Notes: generated by a model from the sequence alone, not told the origin. A DNA stretch of 64,000 nt from an uncultured Verrucomicrobiae bacterium (GCA_963726745.1 CAVSDR010000006.1:704001-768000); one strand, 5' to 3'. Numbered from the stretch's first letter, positions 22,107-34,361 are shown. Numbers and translations: made by a program.

Positions 22107-24314
22107 CTAGAGCGCGCGCACGCGGATACGCACCTCCCGGCGTTGGCCGGTCTTGGTGTCGGTCACGCTCAGCCGGTGCTCGCCCTCTTCGCCGAGGGCA
22201 AAGTCGCGGCCGTTTTCGTTCGTTAGGCGGAGCGAGGCGCTCTCCCAGCGCACGGCTTCCCCGCCGCTGGCCCCGAGCGGAATCCGCCGGCTCGAAGGCA
22301 CGTCGGGATCGAGCAGGTAAACCGCGTCTGGCAACGGCGAGACGATCCGAAATTCCTCGCCCAGCACCGCGCGCGCCCCCAGGAAATTCTCCGCACTCGC
22401 AAACCAGTCCGCATAATCAGCCGGCAACTTCACCCGCCCGCCCGCGTCGTAATCTTCCGCCGCCGCCAGCCCTGGCCGTTGCCCGGCGACGAATTTTTCC
22501 CGCACCCCACCGGCCGCGTTTTCCGCGAGCACCTTGCCGGTCAAAGGATCGATCTGCCGCTCGACCAAACCCGCCGGCGGCGCATACCAGCTCGTCCCGC
22601 GCTCCGCGTGCAATTTCTCGAAGATCGCATGCAGGATCGGCCCGGCGCCGGTCACCCCGGAGACCTCGTGCATCGGCGCGCCGTCGAAATTTCCCACCCA
22701 CACGCCGACGGTGAACTCCGGGGTGTAGCCGATCGCCCAGTTATCGCGAAAGTCGGTGCTCGTGCCGGTTTTGCAGGCTACCGGAAAATCGAAGCGCAGC
22801 GCCGAGTGAATCCCAAACGAGAGCGTGCGCGCGGCATTGTCGCTCAAGATGTCGGCTATTTGCCAGGCGAGCTCTGGCCGGGTGTAGCGCCGCGTAAACG
22901 TGGGCGCATCCGCCCGCAGGCGCCACGGCCGGTACTCGCCCAGGCGCGCCAGGCTGGCGTAAGCATTCGCGATTTCGAGCAGCCGGCCCTCGCAATTTCC
23001 CAGGGTCAGACCCAGTCCGTAAACCTCCGGCGCTTGCTCCAGACTCGTTAGGCCAACGGCTTGCAAGCGCGCCGCCAGCGCCGCCGGACCGCCGTTGGCT
23101 TGCAGCACTTTGACCGCCGGAATGTTCAGCGAACTGGCCAGCGCCGTCCGGTAAGTCACCGGCCCGTAACAACGGCGGTTGTAATTTTCTGGCCGATAAA
23201 AACCACCCGCTGCCGGGAAGCTGGCGCGCACGTCGGCCACGATCGTCGCCGGGGTCGCGCCCCGCTCGAGCGCGAGCAGATAAGTGAACGGCTTGAGCGT
23301 TGAGCCCGCGGAGCGCTTCGCCCAGGCGCCGTTCACCTGCCCGCTCCCGGGCGCGAAGTAGTCCGCCGAGCCGACGAGCGCGAGCACATCGCCACTGGCA
23401 TTGTCGAGCACGACCGCGGCGCCGTTGCGCACGTTTTGCTCGCGCAATTGCGCCAGCCGTTCCTGCAGGAGACGCTCGATCGCTTCGTTCAGCGGCAGGT
23501 CGAGCGTGGTCCGCACTTCGCCCGCGCCGGCCTCGAGCGGCTGGTTCAACAACAGGTCGGTGAAATGCGGCGCGCGGAAGCGGCGCCGCGGCGGGCGCAG
23601 GTGCAGCGGTTCCGCGGCCGCCATCTGCCAGCGCTCCCGAGACAGCCAGCCGTTCTCGTGCATCCGGCGCAGCACAAGTTGCTGTCTCTTTTGCGCGGCC
23701 GGAAGCGCGCGCTGCGGGTTGAGCTTGCGCGGATTCCGCGGCAAGCCGGCGAGGAGCGCGGCTTCCGCTTCGCTCAGGTCGCTCACGGGTTTGCCGAAGT
23801 AATAATCCGCCGCCGCGGCCAGGCCGAGGTTGAGATTGCCGAAGTCGACCCGGTTCAGGTAGGCGGCGAGGATTTGCTCCTTCGACCAGACTTGCTCGAG
23901 CCGGAGCGCGGTCAGCGCCTCGACTACTTTAGCCAGCAACGTGCGCGGGCGGCGCTGGCTAATTTTCACTAGCTGCTGCGTGATCGTCGACGCGCCGGAG
24001 GTGATGTGGCCGTGGGTGAGACCATTCGCAAGGGCGCGCGCCGTCGCCAGCCCGTCGACCCCGTGATGCGCGAAAAAGCGCTTGTCCTCGGCCGCGATGA
24101 TCGCCCGGACCACGTGCGCCGGGAGATCGGCCGCGGTGAGTTCGCGCCGGAAATGCTCCTCCGTGCGCGCCTCGCGCAGCGGCAGCCCGTTTCGATCCAG
24201 CAGCACCGTGCTCGCCCGCGGCGGCGCGACCAAAGCCGCCGGCAGCGGGAGGAAGCGCAGCGCCAGCCAGCAGGAGAGCGGCAGGACGAGCGTGCCCAGG
24301 AGAAGCCGCTTCAT
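22107..24314 (-). CDS. pbpC: penicillin-binding protein 1C
   Basis: EDKRF..HHGVD, GASTITQQ, GSTLKPF, SLN, KTGTS; ATGA overlap with the upstream alpha-2-macroglobulin gene. Confidence 0.9.
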   Translation of the reverse strand: MKRLLLGTLVLPLSCWLALRFLPLPAALVAPPRASTVLLDRNGLPLREARTEEHFRRELTAADLPAHVVRAIIAAEDKRFFAHHGVDGLATARALANGLTHGHITSGASTITQQLVKISQRRPRTLLAKVVEALTALRLEQVWSKEQILAAYLNRVDFGNLNLGLAAAADYYFGKPVSDLSEAEAALLAGLPRNPRKLNPQRALPAAQKRQQLVLRRMHENGWLSRERWQMAAAEPLHLRPPRRRFRAPHFTDLLLNQPLEAGAGEVRTTLDLPLNEAIERLLQERLAQLREQNVRNGAAVVLDNASGDVLALVGSADYFAPGSGQVNGAWAKRSAGSTLKPFTYLLALERGATPATIVADVRASFPAAGGFYRPENYNRRCYGPVTYRTALASSLNIPAVKVLQANGGPAALAARLQAVGLTSLEQAPEVYGLGLTLGNCEGRLLEIANAYASLARLGEYRPWRLRADAPTFTRRYTRPELAWQIADILSDNAARTLSFGIHSALRFDFPVACKTGTSTDFRDNWAIGYTPEFTVGVWVGNFDGAPMHEVSGVTGAGPILHAIFEKLHAERGTSWYAPPAGLVERQIDPLTGKVLAENAAGGVREKFVAGQRPGLAAAEDYDAGGRVKLPADYADWFASAENFLGARAVLGEEFRIVSPLPDAVYLLDPDVPSSRRIPLGASGGEAVRWESASLRLTNENGRDFALGEEGEHRLSVTDTKTGQRREVRIRVRAL

Positions 24315-27300
24315 CGCAGCCCCTGCGCGGAGACACGCTCGGTAGCCGTCGTCCCGAAGCGTTCCGGATGATACATCTCCTCGATCTTCGCCGCGGGCGC
24401 GAGCGCTTCGCCGGCGCAGACGACGCGCGCGAGGTAGCGCAGGGTGTAGCGACCCGGCCGGAGGACATCGGCAAAAAAGACTGCGCGATCCGTCGCGCAG
24501 CTCGGAGTAATCGCTGACCCACTCCGTGCCTAACGACTCGCCGGCGAGCGTCTCCTGCGACTTGAAGGCCGGGTTGATCGGCGCGAGCACGCTCGGCAGC
24601 GGATCCTCCAGTGCGAGGAAAGTCGCGCGCCGGCGCGCCTCCACCTCCAGGGTCACGAGAATGCGGTCGCCCACCCGCAGGTTTTCCGCCGGGCTCAATT
24701 TCCCGTCGGCGCCGATCTTCGCGTAACGTCTCGTTAGGCCATAGCCCTGGTCCTGGCGCGGCTGCTCCGCCAGCTTCGAACGCGCGGTGACCGTGGTTTC
24801 CGCATAAACTTTCCCGCCGTGACGCGTGATCATCAACGGTTGCGCAGAGCGCTGGCCTTCCAGCGGAAAGGTTAGGCTCACCCTGATCCTTTCCTGGTCG
24901 AGTTCGTAGGCGGCACTGGCGCCCGGCCAGCGCACTTCGCCGCTGGCTTCGCGCGGGCCGGTCTCGACCAGCCGCAGATAATTAGCCAGCGAGATCAGCG
25001 CCCAGGCATTGCTTTGCGTGGTCCCCCAGTGGCCGTTTTCCCGGCGGGTAAAAAGCTCGAGCGCGAGCTGGTCGACCCGCGGCGACTTTGGCGCGTGCCG
25101 CGTCCAGGCGAGCAACTGGAGCGCGTGCTCGCGCGTGACCGAACCGAACCATTGCTCGACGTAGCCTGCATCGGTCGCCGGGCCGCGGAGCAATTCCTCG
25201 ATCATCGACCGCGGGCCCTTCGCCTCGATCACCGCGAGCGCGACCAAGGCGCGATCTTCCGCGCTCAACTGCGCGCGCTTTTGAAAGAGCAAATCGTGAT
25301 ACGCCGGCTCCGCCTTGCCCGCGAGCGCGAGCGCATAGACCGCGAGGCAGCGATCCGACAAGCCGTAGCCGCTGCGCTCGCGCGCGGTCCCGCGGAGCTG
25401 CTCGCTCAGGTAGCGTTGCAACCGCGCGAACTCCGCCTCCGGCACCGCGAAGCCTTGCTGCTGCGCAAGGGTGAAGGCAATCGCTCCGTAGGCGCTGCCC
25501 CAAAGCATCGGCTCGCGGCCTCGCGGCCAATAGCTCAGGCCGCCGCTGCTGGTCTGCATCGAGAGCAGCAGACGCAGGCCGCCATTGACCGCCTCCGCGA
25601 TTTCGCCCTCCGGCCGGTTCGAGCTCCCGGAACATCCTCGCCCAGGTCGCGGACCGTGAGCCACGGGAGCAAACTCGAGGTCGTCTGCTCGACGCACCCG
25701 TAGGGATAATGGAGCAGCTGCCGCACGGCCTCGCCGAGATTGAGCACGCGCGTGCTCGCAAGATTCACCGTGACCTCGCCGTGGCCTTCGAGGATTTGGC
25801 CATTGGTGATCCGAAGCAGCTCAGCCGACTCTTTTTCCACGCGCTGCGTCTCGACCTGGCGGATGAGCGGCGCAGGATCACCCACCTGCACGATCGCTTC
25901 CACCGCGTCCAGGTTGTCGGCTAATTTCACCGCCCACTTCCAGTGCGCCTCGCCCGGTGCCCACGATCTCCACCGGGAAATCCACCGCGACCGAGCCACC
26001 CGCGGGCAGGTCGAGCTCGCGCCGCGTTTCGCCGGTGGCGCGCGCGGTTTCGTCGAGAAAGAGCTGCACCTCGGCCTTCCCGCCGACAGCAGTGGTGTTG
26101 TGCGCAACCGCGCGGAGCGTGAGCCGGTCGCCTTTATTAGCGAAGGCCGGCAGCGCGCTCTCGATCATGACCGGCTTGTTGATCTCGAAGGCCGACTGCG
26201 CGCTGCCAAACGCCCCCGCGCGCGTGACCGCCACCGCGACCAGCCGATATCTCGTTAGGCTATCGGGCGCGGCGAACTCTGCCCGCACCTTGCCCTGCGC
26301 ATCGGTGCGCAGGGTGGCGTTCCAAAACGGGCAGGCGACGAAGTTTTTCCGGAGGCCATTCAGCAAGGCCGGGCCGCCCTTGCCGTCGCCCACGAGGTAG
26401 CCCTTGTTCGCGAAATCTGCTTCCGCCATGTCCTCGCGCAGGAGCGTTGGCAGCGTCAAATTCGTGCTCACGCCGAGGCCGCGCGGCTGATTGAAAAACG
26501 CCAGCGGGTCGGGTGTTTCGTAGCCGGTCAGGCTGAGCACGCCTTCATCCACCGCATAGAGCGTGACCTCCGCATCGGCCGCGATTTGCCCGCGCCAATC
26601 GCGCACTTCCGCCTCCACTTGCACCGGGTCGTTAGGCCGTGCGCTCGGCGCACGCGGCTTGCACCGTGACCGTAAGTTGGTCGTCCGGCCGCGCGACCTT
26701 CAAGCTGGCGTAGCCGATGCGATACTCCGGCACTTTCATTTTGCGCGGGCTCTCCTCGGCTCCGCGCAGGAGCAGCACCGAGACGAAGACATTCGGAGCG
26801 TCGGTCGCGAGGATCGGCACCTGCACGGAAGGAGCGTTGCCCGTGAGGCGAACAACGAAAGAGCGCAGCACCTGGTCGCGTTCCACGGTCACCAGCGCAT
26901 CGCCGGCGATCGGAGTTTTAACCAGCAAGTTGGCGGTTTCGCCCGGCGCGTAGGTGTCCTTGTCGGAGACTAAATCGATCACGTAGGGGTTGCGATAATT
27001 CCAGTCGGTCTCCGCTTCACCCGAGACCTCGAAGACGAGCGAGGTCAACACCGGCCGGCCGCCGGCATCCTGCGCGCTCACCTCGAGGAGATACTCGCCC
27101 GGCGGACCCGCGAGCGCGTCGGCCAGCGCCGCGGTCTTCGGCTTGCGGTCCTCGCCCCGGCCGGGCGCGGTCAGGAGCTCGTGCTCCCAAAGTTTCTCGA
27201 GCTGCGGGGTGCTTTCGAATTCGCTCGTGTCGCCGGCGGTTGCGAGCCGGTTGGTCTGCCAGCGAATGCGCGAGACGCGCACGTTCGCCTTCGCCGGCTG

Positions 27301-29996
27301 GTCGAGGGTCTGGCCATCCGGGCGGAGCGCGATCACCTCGAGCGGAAGCGGCGCGCCTTCCGTGAGCACGGCGTCGAAGCGCCGCACGCCGAGGTAAAAC
27401 TCCGAGGCGTGCTGGGTAAATTGGCGCGCCTCCGAAACCGTCTGCTGATTCTGGTCGGTCACTTCCACGAACAGCCTGGCCGCGCGCGGCTGCGGCGCTT
27501 TCGCATTCACCGGCAGCGGCGTCTGCACGAGCGCGACGCCGTGGGCATCGATCGCCACTTCACCCTGCGCATTGAATTGCGCGAGCTTGTCGAGCGCGCG
27601 GTTGAAGCGGTAATCGGCGATCGCGTTGCCGAAGGCAAAGTCGCCCAGGCCTTCCGGCGCGAAAGTCTCGTCGCGCGCGACCAGCGACCAGCTCAGCCGG
27701 GCCTGCGAGAGCGGCTGGCCCATGTAGTACTTCGAGGTCACGGGGAGCGCGAGCGCAGTGCTGCCTAACGAGTCGGGCGGCTTCGGGATCACGACCTCGA
27801 AGGCGTTCGGCTTGTATTCCTGCACCTGGAAAGAACAGGAGCCGCCGAGCCGCGTTTCCTTTTCGCCCACGGCCGCGACCTGAAATTTCCCGAGCGTGCC
27901 CGCAGGCACGGTGAACTCGAGCTCGAAGGAGCCGAAGTCCGAGAGCGTGACCGTGCTCGAGTGAATCTGCCGGTCCTTCGCGTCGTTGATCGTGACCGTG
28001 ACCGGCTTCCCCGCGGGGATGCGCTGCTGACCGCTACGGAGGTCCTGCGCGTAGCCCTTGAGGTGCAATTTGTCGCCTGGCTTGTAGACCCCGCGTTCGG
28101 TGAAAAGAAAAATCGTCTGGAGGAAGCGGCCTTCCTCGAAGTCGTTGATCCCTTGGTCGTAAACGCCCAGCCGGTAGAGCGGAATTTCGCCGGAGTAGAC
28201 TGGGATCACGTGCGTGTCGTCGCCGGCGGAAACGGAAAACCAACGAGGCTTTTCCGTCGGCGGCAGGTGCGCCTGGCCCTGCGCGTCGCTCGTGCTTTGC
28301 GCCACCGGAGCGGCCTCGGCATCGAGCAAGGCGACCGTCGCCTTCGCCAGCGCCTGTCCTGTCGCGAGCGAGAAAAGATGGAGCGTGTAGCCGCCGCGAT
28401 CGCGCTTCCAGGCCGCGCCGATGTCGGTCAATTGCATCAGCGTCTGCGTGCCCACGCGCTTGCCGGTGGCGGTCACCGGGTCGACCGATTCCGCGGTGAA
28501 GAGAATCGTCCCGGTGCGGCCCGCGCCGATTTCGTCCCACTTCAATTCCACCACCTGCTGGGTATCGACCGCGCCGCCGGGCGTGAACTCCTGTTGCCAG
28601 ATCAGCTCTCCCGGCAAAGCCTCCGCGTCGACCCGCGAGTAATACTCGTCCGACGCGTCTTCCGGCGGCTTGTTGTAGTCGTCGAAAGCCTTAAGCGCCG
28701 CGGCGATCTGCGGACCGCGGAAGAGCCGCGCAGTCACGCGCACCCGCGGGACATTCACCGAGACCAGGCGGAGCAAACGCGAACCGCCGGCACGCTGGTG
28801 GCCATCGAACTCGGGAAAATAAAGGCGCGCCTCGTAGGGCTGGAAGCTGAACTCGCGGGTGAAAGCGCTGGCTAATTCTGCCGGCTCGGCCGCAGGCATC
28901 CCGGCAGCGACGGTTACGCGATAGGTCGCGCCGAGGGCGAAATCGCCGCTCGCAGTCACGCTGCTGTCGTCGCGCGTCAGCTTGAGCTTCGGCACCGTCG
29001 GCTCGACCTGGACCCAGCGCGCGAGATTCTCGCGCGTGACGTCGTCCGCCAGCGTCTTGGTGAAATCAATCCGCAAGCGCCGGCCGGCGACGCGGTTTCC
29101 TTCCGCGGCCACGGCGCTGATCGCGAATGGCTGCACCTCCCCCACTTCGATGCGTTTCGGCGCGGGCAATTTTGCCGGCCACTCGGCCGCGGGCAGGCCG
29201 GCGTCGATCACTAGATGCCATGCTTTCCCCGGCGGGAGCGGTTTCGCTGGGCGCACCAGGAGAAGATTGCCGCGCGGCGGCGCTGGCTTCTCGGCGTCGG
29301 GCACCAGCGGCTCGCCGTTTTCGTCGAAGTCGTTGGCCGCTTCCTCGGGCTGCAGCTCTGCGGTCCAGGAGCCTAACGAGTTATCGTCGCTCTCCGAGCG
29401 CGCGAAGAGGCGCGTGCTTTTCGCGTCTGCGGCCTGCTCGACCTGCGCCTCGACCCGCTGGTGCGCCGCGTCCTCGAAATGGAAGAAGCCCGCCGCCGCG
29501 CCCGCCTGCACCCCGGCGTTAAACAGGACGGCGAGGCGCGGACGCATCGACGCGTTCGCCGGGTCGAAGCCGCCCAAGTGGGTCACTCCCTTGACCCGGA
29601 GCGGCGGCGTCTCCGCGCTTTCGCGAAACTTCGCGCCCACCTCGCGGCCGGCGAGGTCGCGGAGATTTTTTGCCAGCGAGATCTGGAATTTCGTCCCCAG
29701 CGGAAGGACGCCGGCGGGGGCGAAGGAACCGCTGCGCGTGCTCAGCCAGGTGAAGTCGCCGGCGACCGGCGGTTCGAAAAGCGAGCGGCGACGGGGCGGC
29801 CGATTTTGCCGACCTCCTCCGGGCGCACCATCTCGCTGCCAAAACGGACCTCGAAAGTGCTGCGGGGCTCGAGCGTGCGCGAGGGCAGGAGGAGTTGCGC
29901 CGAGGGCGCCTGGGCCAGCAATCCTTCGCCTAACGAGAGGAGAAGGCCGAGCGAGAGAAGAGAGAAAGAGCGCAAGCGGGAGCGATTAGGCGACAA
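24311..29996 (-). CDS. bacterial alpha-2-macroglobulin (several frameshifts)
   Basis: FTERGVYKPG, QEYKP, AVDEGVLSLT, PDSLTRYR, thioester motif PYGCVEQ; spread over ORFs 29742..29996, 26632..29640, 25878..26624 and the start of 22107..25697. Confidence 0.85.
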
Positions 29997-30099
29997 ACCC
30001 GGAGGCGCGACAAACCTTTTCCGCCAACGCCGCCGCGCCGCTCAGCGCCCTACTTTGCGCTTGCGCGCGCGCCATCCTGCGGGACGATATCCGCCTGCC

Positions 30100-30183
30100 G
30101 CCGGCGTGGCGGAATTGGCAGACGCGCTAGACTCAAAATCTGGTACTCGCAAGAGTGTGTGGGTTCGAGCCCCTCCGCCGGTA
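30100..30183 (+). tRNA. tRNA-Leu (CAA)
   Basis: Acceptor GCCGGCG/CGCCGGT, D-loop GGAATTGGCAGAC, anticodon arm CTAGA-CTCAAAA-TCTGG, long variable arm, TTCGA loop. Confidence 0.95.
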
Positions 30184-30227
30184 ATTCCCCTCCTCCGCCC
30201 ACTGCCGTGGCCGGGCGAAAGCGTCGC

Positions 30228-30803
30228 CTAATTCCCGGGCACGCCGCCCTGCATCCCGCGATCCTGCATATTCTGCACGCCCTCGCCGCTGATGCGGTGG
30301 AGATTCTGCGCTTCGGCGCTGCCTTCCTCGACCCAACGGCCGCCGATGTTGCTCCCGGTGCCGCCGCCGGCGACCCAGATGAAACGCTTGCCGTTCACGA
30401 TCTTCACTTTCGTATTGCTCGAGGCCGCGGCGACAGTCGCAACTTTCCCGGTGGAAACCTGGCCGGTGATGTTAAGGCCCTTGCCTACTTTCACTTTCAT
30501 GGCCACGCCCCCGGCGGCGAATTTCGAACCGGGCACCGCTTCCGCCATCACCTTCTGTTTCCCGGCGGAAACGACCACCGCGAGGTTGCCCTTGGGGGCG
30601 CCATTGCGGGCATTGAACTGCACCACGTATTCGCCTTGCTCGAGCGTCTTGGTGGCAAAGGTGCCGTCCGCGCCGGTGCGGCCTTTGAAGGCAACTTTGC
30701 CAGCAGGATCAGAGACGGTCACATCCAGCGCAGGCATGCCCGCAGCGGACGCCATCGCCGCAAAAGCCGTGGTGGCCAGGAGAGAAAGAAGAAGCTTTTT
30801 CAT
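30228..30803 (-). CDS. secreted hypothetical protein (beta-sandwich-like)
   Basis: Signal peptide MKKLLLSLL...; GC-rich codon usage. Confidence 0.65.
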   Translation of the reverse strand: MKKLLLSLLATTAFAAMASAAGMPALDVTVSDPAGKVAFKGRTGADGTFATKTLEQGEYVVQFNARNGAPKGNLAVVVSAGKQKVMAEAVPGSKFAAGGVAMKVKVGKGLNITGQVSTGKVATVAAASSNTKVKIVNGKRFIWVAGGGTGSNIGGRWVEEGSAEAQNLHRISGEGVQNMQDRGMQGGVPGN

Positions 30804-30856
30804 GGTTCCGCAGGCTAGGCCCGGCCGCCCGCGCCAGCCAAGCCAAAACTTCCGCC

Positions 30857-31204
30857 TCACCGTTGCCCTACCTGGCTCCTGGCCGAACGGCTCGGCCGCT
30901 TCCGCGCCGCCACCCGCTCTGCTTTCTCGCGCTCGTTCTTCAAGATCTCCCGCAGGCCCTGGATGTTTGCGCGGAGATAAACCAGGTCCGCATGGAACAT
31001 GGACACTCCCCGCCGGAGCCGCGCGGTTTCGCGCGCATACTTCGGCGATTCCAGAATGCGCTCCAACGACCGCACATGCCGCAGCAGCGGCTCCAGGCGC
31101 AGCTTCCGCCAATTCGTTTCCGTGGCCGTAGCGGCAAACTCCACCCGCAACGCCTCCAGCGCGTGCCTGTATTTCGGGATGTCCTCCTGGTAAGCCTTAT
31201 CCAT
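30857..31204 (-). CDS. hypothetical helical protein
   Basis: Plausible ORF MDKAYQEDIPKY... Confidence 0.5.
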   Translation of the reverse strand: MDKAYQEDIPKYRHALEALRVEFAATATETNWRKLRLEPLLRHVRSLERILESPKYARETARLRRGVSMFHADLVYLRANIQGLREILKNEREKAERVAARKRPSRSARSQVGQR

Positions 31205-31528
31205 GATTGCCTCGCGCCTCCGCGCCCGGGCGCAGCGCTCCGCCACCGAAAGCCAGTCCGCCAGCCACACCCCCCAGATTCCATCCCGCCCTCCCCAGCG
31301 GCATCGACGCCAGCCGCCGCCACCGCAAAAGATTCTTCATGGCGAGCACCATAACCAAGCCCGCCAGCTAAAGGCCAGACGCTCCTTCCCTGGCAACCAC
31401 GCCTTAACTACCGGGGAGGCCACACCGGGCCACCCCCAGCGCGAGGCCCTGGGACGGAGCTTTTCCCTCTCCCGTCCCCTTCTTCCTGCGCTTTACATTC
31501 CACCACCCGTTAGGCAAAATCCGCGCCC

Positions 31529-32220
31529 ATGAACGACCGCCAGGAAAACAAGCTCGGGATGTTTCGCGCCACCGCTCAAGTCCTCACCGACCACGCCAGC
31601 GCCTTTGCCGGCGTGCCCGCGATGGCGACGCAACATCAGAACCTCCGCGACAGCATCACCCTCATCGATTCCCTCGCCCAGGCGCAGGCCGCCGCCACCA
31701 CCGGCGTCACGGTCGATAAAAAGAATTTCCAGGAGCAGATGACCTCCTACGCCCTGCGCGTGGCCGGCGCGGTCAAGGCCTGCGCGAGCGTGGCCAACAA
31801 CCAAACCCTCGCGAAGAAAACCGAGCTGCACGAGAGCGATTTCTCCCGCGCGCGCGACGACGCTCGCGACGACCTCGCCCAGGGCGTGCACGACGACGCC
31901 CAAGGCGTCCTCGCCTCGTTAGCCGACTACGGCGTCACCGCCGCCACCCTCAGCCGCCTTGCAAACCCGGATCGACGCCTACCGCCTGGCCGTCTCGCAA
32001 GCCCGCCGTCGCCCGCGCCCAGCGCAGCACCCACACCACCCTCTTAGCCGACGAGATCCACCGCGCCGACATGATCGTAAAAGAGCGCCTCGACGGCCTC
32101 ATCCTCCAGTTCCGGGAAACCAACCCGCAATTCGTCGCCAACTACCAGAACGCCCGCAAAATCATCGACACCGGCGCGCAACCGAAAGGCCCGGCAACGC
32201 CCACGCCGCCTTCGCCGTGA
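31529..32220 (+). CDS. hypothetical helical protein (frameshifted near 31960-32010)
   Basis: MNDRQENKLGMF... continues to ...QFRETNPQFVANYQNARKIID; host-like codon usage. Confidence 0.6.
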
Positions 32221-32303
32221 GGTGAGGGAGTAGGTAGGTCTAGGAGACAAAGTCTCAGCAATCTGCCGAGATTCTAGGACTGACCCCTAGCTTTACCTAT
32301 AAA

Positions 32304-32570
32304 CTAGACATCGGAACGGCCAGCCGTTCGCTGCATCGCTTGGTTAGGCCTTGGCGTTGCGTCGCCAGCAAATAAGGCAACGACGGCCCCGTGTCCATCG
32401 CCCAAAGGCCAAGCCGTCTCCAAGCTGCTAATCAGGTGGACTGGCGAATCGCCGTCGACGCGAAAAGTGATGACGCGGTAGTAAAGCCAAGGGCGCCACT
32501 TGGCGATGACCGTATAGCCGACGCGATCTCCTTCGATTGTGCGATCATCATCCACCCAGCGCGGTCTCAT
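32304..32570 (-). CDS. cassette hypothetical protein (runs into the truncated attC)
   Basis: ATG just after the GTTAGGC core. Confidence 0.45.
   Translation of the reverse strand: MRPRWVDDDRTIEGDRVGYTVIAKWRPWLYYRVITFRVDGDSPVHLISSLETAWPLGDGHGAVVALFAGDATPRPNQAMQRTAGRSDV
32310..32349 (-). repeat. truncated attC (R''/L'' half only)
   Basis: Minus strand GCCTAAC-CAAGC-GATGCAGCGAACGGC, then no matching right arm. Confidence 0.7.
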
Positions 32571-32572
32571 AA

Positions 32573-32695
32573 GCCTAACGAGAACAAGATGAGCGACGGC
32601 GGACGAGAGCGCGCATCGCTCGCAGTGGAAGTGTGGAGGTCATCTCAAGTGTGAACGCACAGCGGTCCGCCGTTCGCTCCATCGCATGGTTAGAT
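32573..32695 (-). repeat. attC site (family A)
   Basis: ATCTAAC..ATGGAGCG..CGCTCAT-CTTGTTCTC-GTTAGGC. Confidence 0.9.
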
Positions 32696-32754
32696 GGTTC
32701 GGCGCGCGACTAATCAGGACGACAGGAGAACATGTCGCTGGTGATGGCGCAGAG

Positions 32755-33441
32755 TTAATAGTCGTCTTCGGGGTTCGGATACGTTGCTTCGGGATCCTCG
32801 AGATGCTCGAGCCCTTCGAGGCCAGTGGCGGGCGAGGTCTGCGGCAGCTCCGGCGGTGCCTTGTCCTGTGGCAGCAACTCGATTAATTTCGCACCCCTCC
32901 GAGTGATCTTGTATGACGGCGTGGACCCCGAGTAACCTGTAATCAGCATTCCGAACGAAACCAGCGTTTCGAGATCATCCTGCAGGAAACGGCCATTATC
33001 GCTCGACGAGTAAACATAGTTGTCCACCAACAGTTGGGTCGTGTCACCTGGCGGGATGAATAACATCCCCTGCTTAGAATTGGCTACCAAGCGCAATATC
33101 CCAACCGCGTCATCTGACAAGCCCTGTTGCGGCGCGACAGCGATTGTCAATTCGCTGAAGCCTTCCACGTGGCGCAGGATTTCGACGACCATCGTGTTCA
33201 CCTGGTCAAGCTTCGAAATGATTTCGGCGTGATCTTGCCGCAGCAACTCATCGACTTGCGTCTGCAGGTGATAGGTCTCCGTGACCAGTTCCTTTATCTC
33301 CTCGTGCCGATGGTATTCTAGCCACTCGATAAATTCGCGATGACTCAGATCCTTTCGCGTCCCCATTTCCTGGCGGAACATCCCGATTAGCTGCACCACT
33401 GTGGCAAAGCCAGTGGAGACTGTGAAGGGATCCGCTTTCAA
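32755..33441 (-). CDS. cassette hypothetical protein with C-terminal winged-helix-like part
   Basis: Intact ORF filling the cassette (DPFTVSTGFATVVQL...YKITRRG); start codon uncertain. Confidence 0.7.
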   Translation of the reverse strand: MKADPFTVSTGFATVVQLIGMFRQEMGTRKDLSHREFIEWLEYHRHEEIKELVTETYHLQTQVDELLRQDHAEIISKLDQVNTMVVEILRHVEGFSELTIAVAPQQGLSDDAVGILRLVANSKQGMLFIPPGDTTQLLVDNYVYSSSDNGRFLQDDLETLVSFGMLITGYSGSTPSYKITRRGAKLIELLPQDKAPPELPQTSPATGLEGLEHLEDPEATYPNPEDDY

Positions 33442-33444
33442 ACC

Positions 33445-33568
33445 ATCTAACGAGAACAAGATGAGCGACGGCGGACGAGAGCGCGCGTCGCTTGGAGTGG
33501 AAGTGTGGAAGTCATCTCAAAGTGTGGACGCGGAGCGGTCCGCCGTTCGCTCCATCGGCTGGTTAGAG
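33445..33568 (-). repeat. attC site (family A)
   Basis: Same repeat family as 32573. Confidence 0.9.
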
Positions 33569-33832
33569 CCTTGGCGTCGTCATCGGAGCCTCCCCAACGC
33601 CATCTCGGTCGTTCCCCTTTCCAGAAGCACAGCGCGATCAAGAGCACGCTAAAAAAGATAACCGCCGCGTAAAAGCTGTGTGGATGCGCACGCTCGAACA
33701 ACAGTCCAGCGGAGGAGAGGAGCGCAAATGTAGAAAACCAGATGCGAGCACTCCCTGCCAACGTCTCGGCCATCCCCAGCCGTAGCCATAGCGCTTCGTC
33801 GGGAACCAAGCCTCGTCTTTCGGGAGCGGCAT
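33569..33832 (-). CDS. cassette small membrane protein (frameshifted)
   Basis: MPLPKDEAWFPTKRYGYGWGWP..WQG and ...WKGERPRWRWG in different frames. Confidence 0.55.
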
Positions 33833-33841
33833 ACCTTTTAG

Positions 33842-33968
33842 GTCTAACGAGCACAAGATCAGCTGCCGCGAGCCCTCTGTGCATGCCACGCAGCATACGC
33901 TCCCGACGGCAGACACTCAAGCGTAAATCGCAGGCTTGCTCGCGGTCAGCTGCATCGCCTGGTTAGGC
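33842..33968 (-). repeat. attC site (divergent)
   Basis: GCCTAAC..GATGCAGC..GCTGATC-TTGTGCTC-GTTAGAC. Confidence 0.85.
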
Positions 33969-34361
33969 TGCTCGTCAACCGTATACATAAATCGCGATCA
34001 TCGCGACGCCGATACAGAAGAATATCAGTTCGGGTGCGTGCCGGAATAAGAAGCGATCGATCGTGGCGTCCGGGCCGGATCGATGGTAAAGCACGTTCAC
34101 GGTAGCGCCGAGCTTTAGTGCACGGAGCTCGTCGCAATTTGGGAGACGAAGCATATCGTTTGACCATCCGCGAGCTTGAAACGAGACACGTGGAGCAAAG
34201 GCAACGCCTTCGCCGTTATAATTGCGCGACGAGTTCGATGACCGTGCCGGCTGTCTTCACCCACCGGCGGTAAAGCGCCGCTTCGTGGCAAAAGGTCAAC
34301 GCGGACATGCAGCCGATCGATGACGCCGATGGCAAGATAGGCAGACTGCGCTGTCATGACG

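Noticed and set aside
22107..25697. Alpha-2-macroglobulin/PBP1C fusion protein (1196 aa)
   Set aside because: Caused by a frameshift near 24490. The normal ATGA stop/start overlap is present at 24311-24314.
30100..30183. tRNA-Leu as the attachment site of a genomic island holding the array
   Set aside because: I found no duplicated tRNA 3' end and no integrase in the window.
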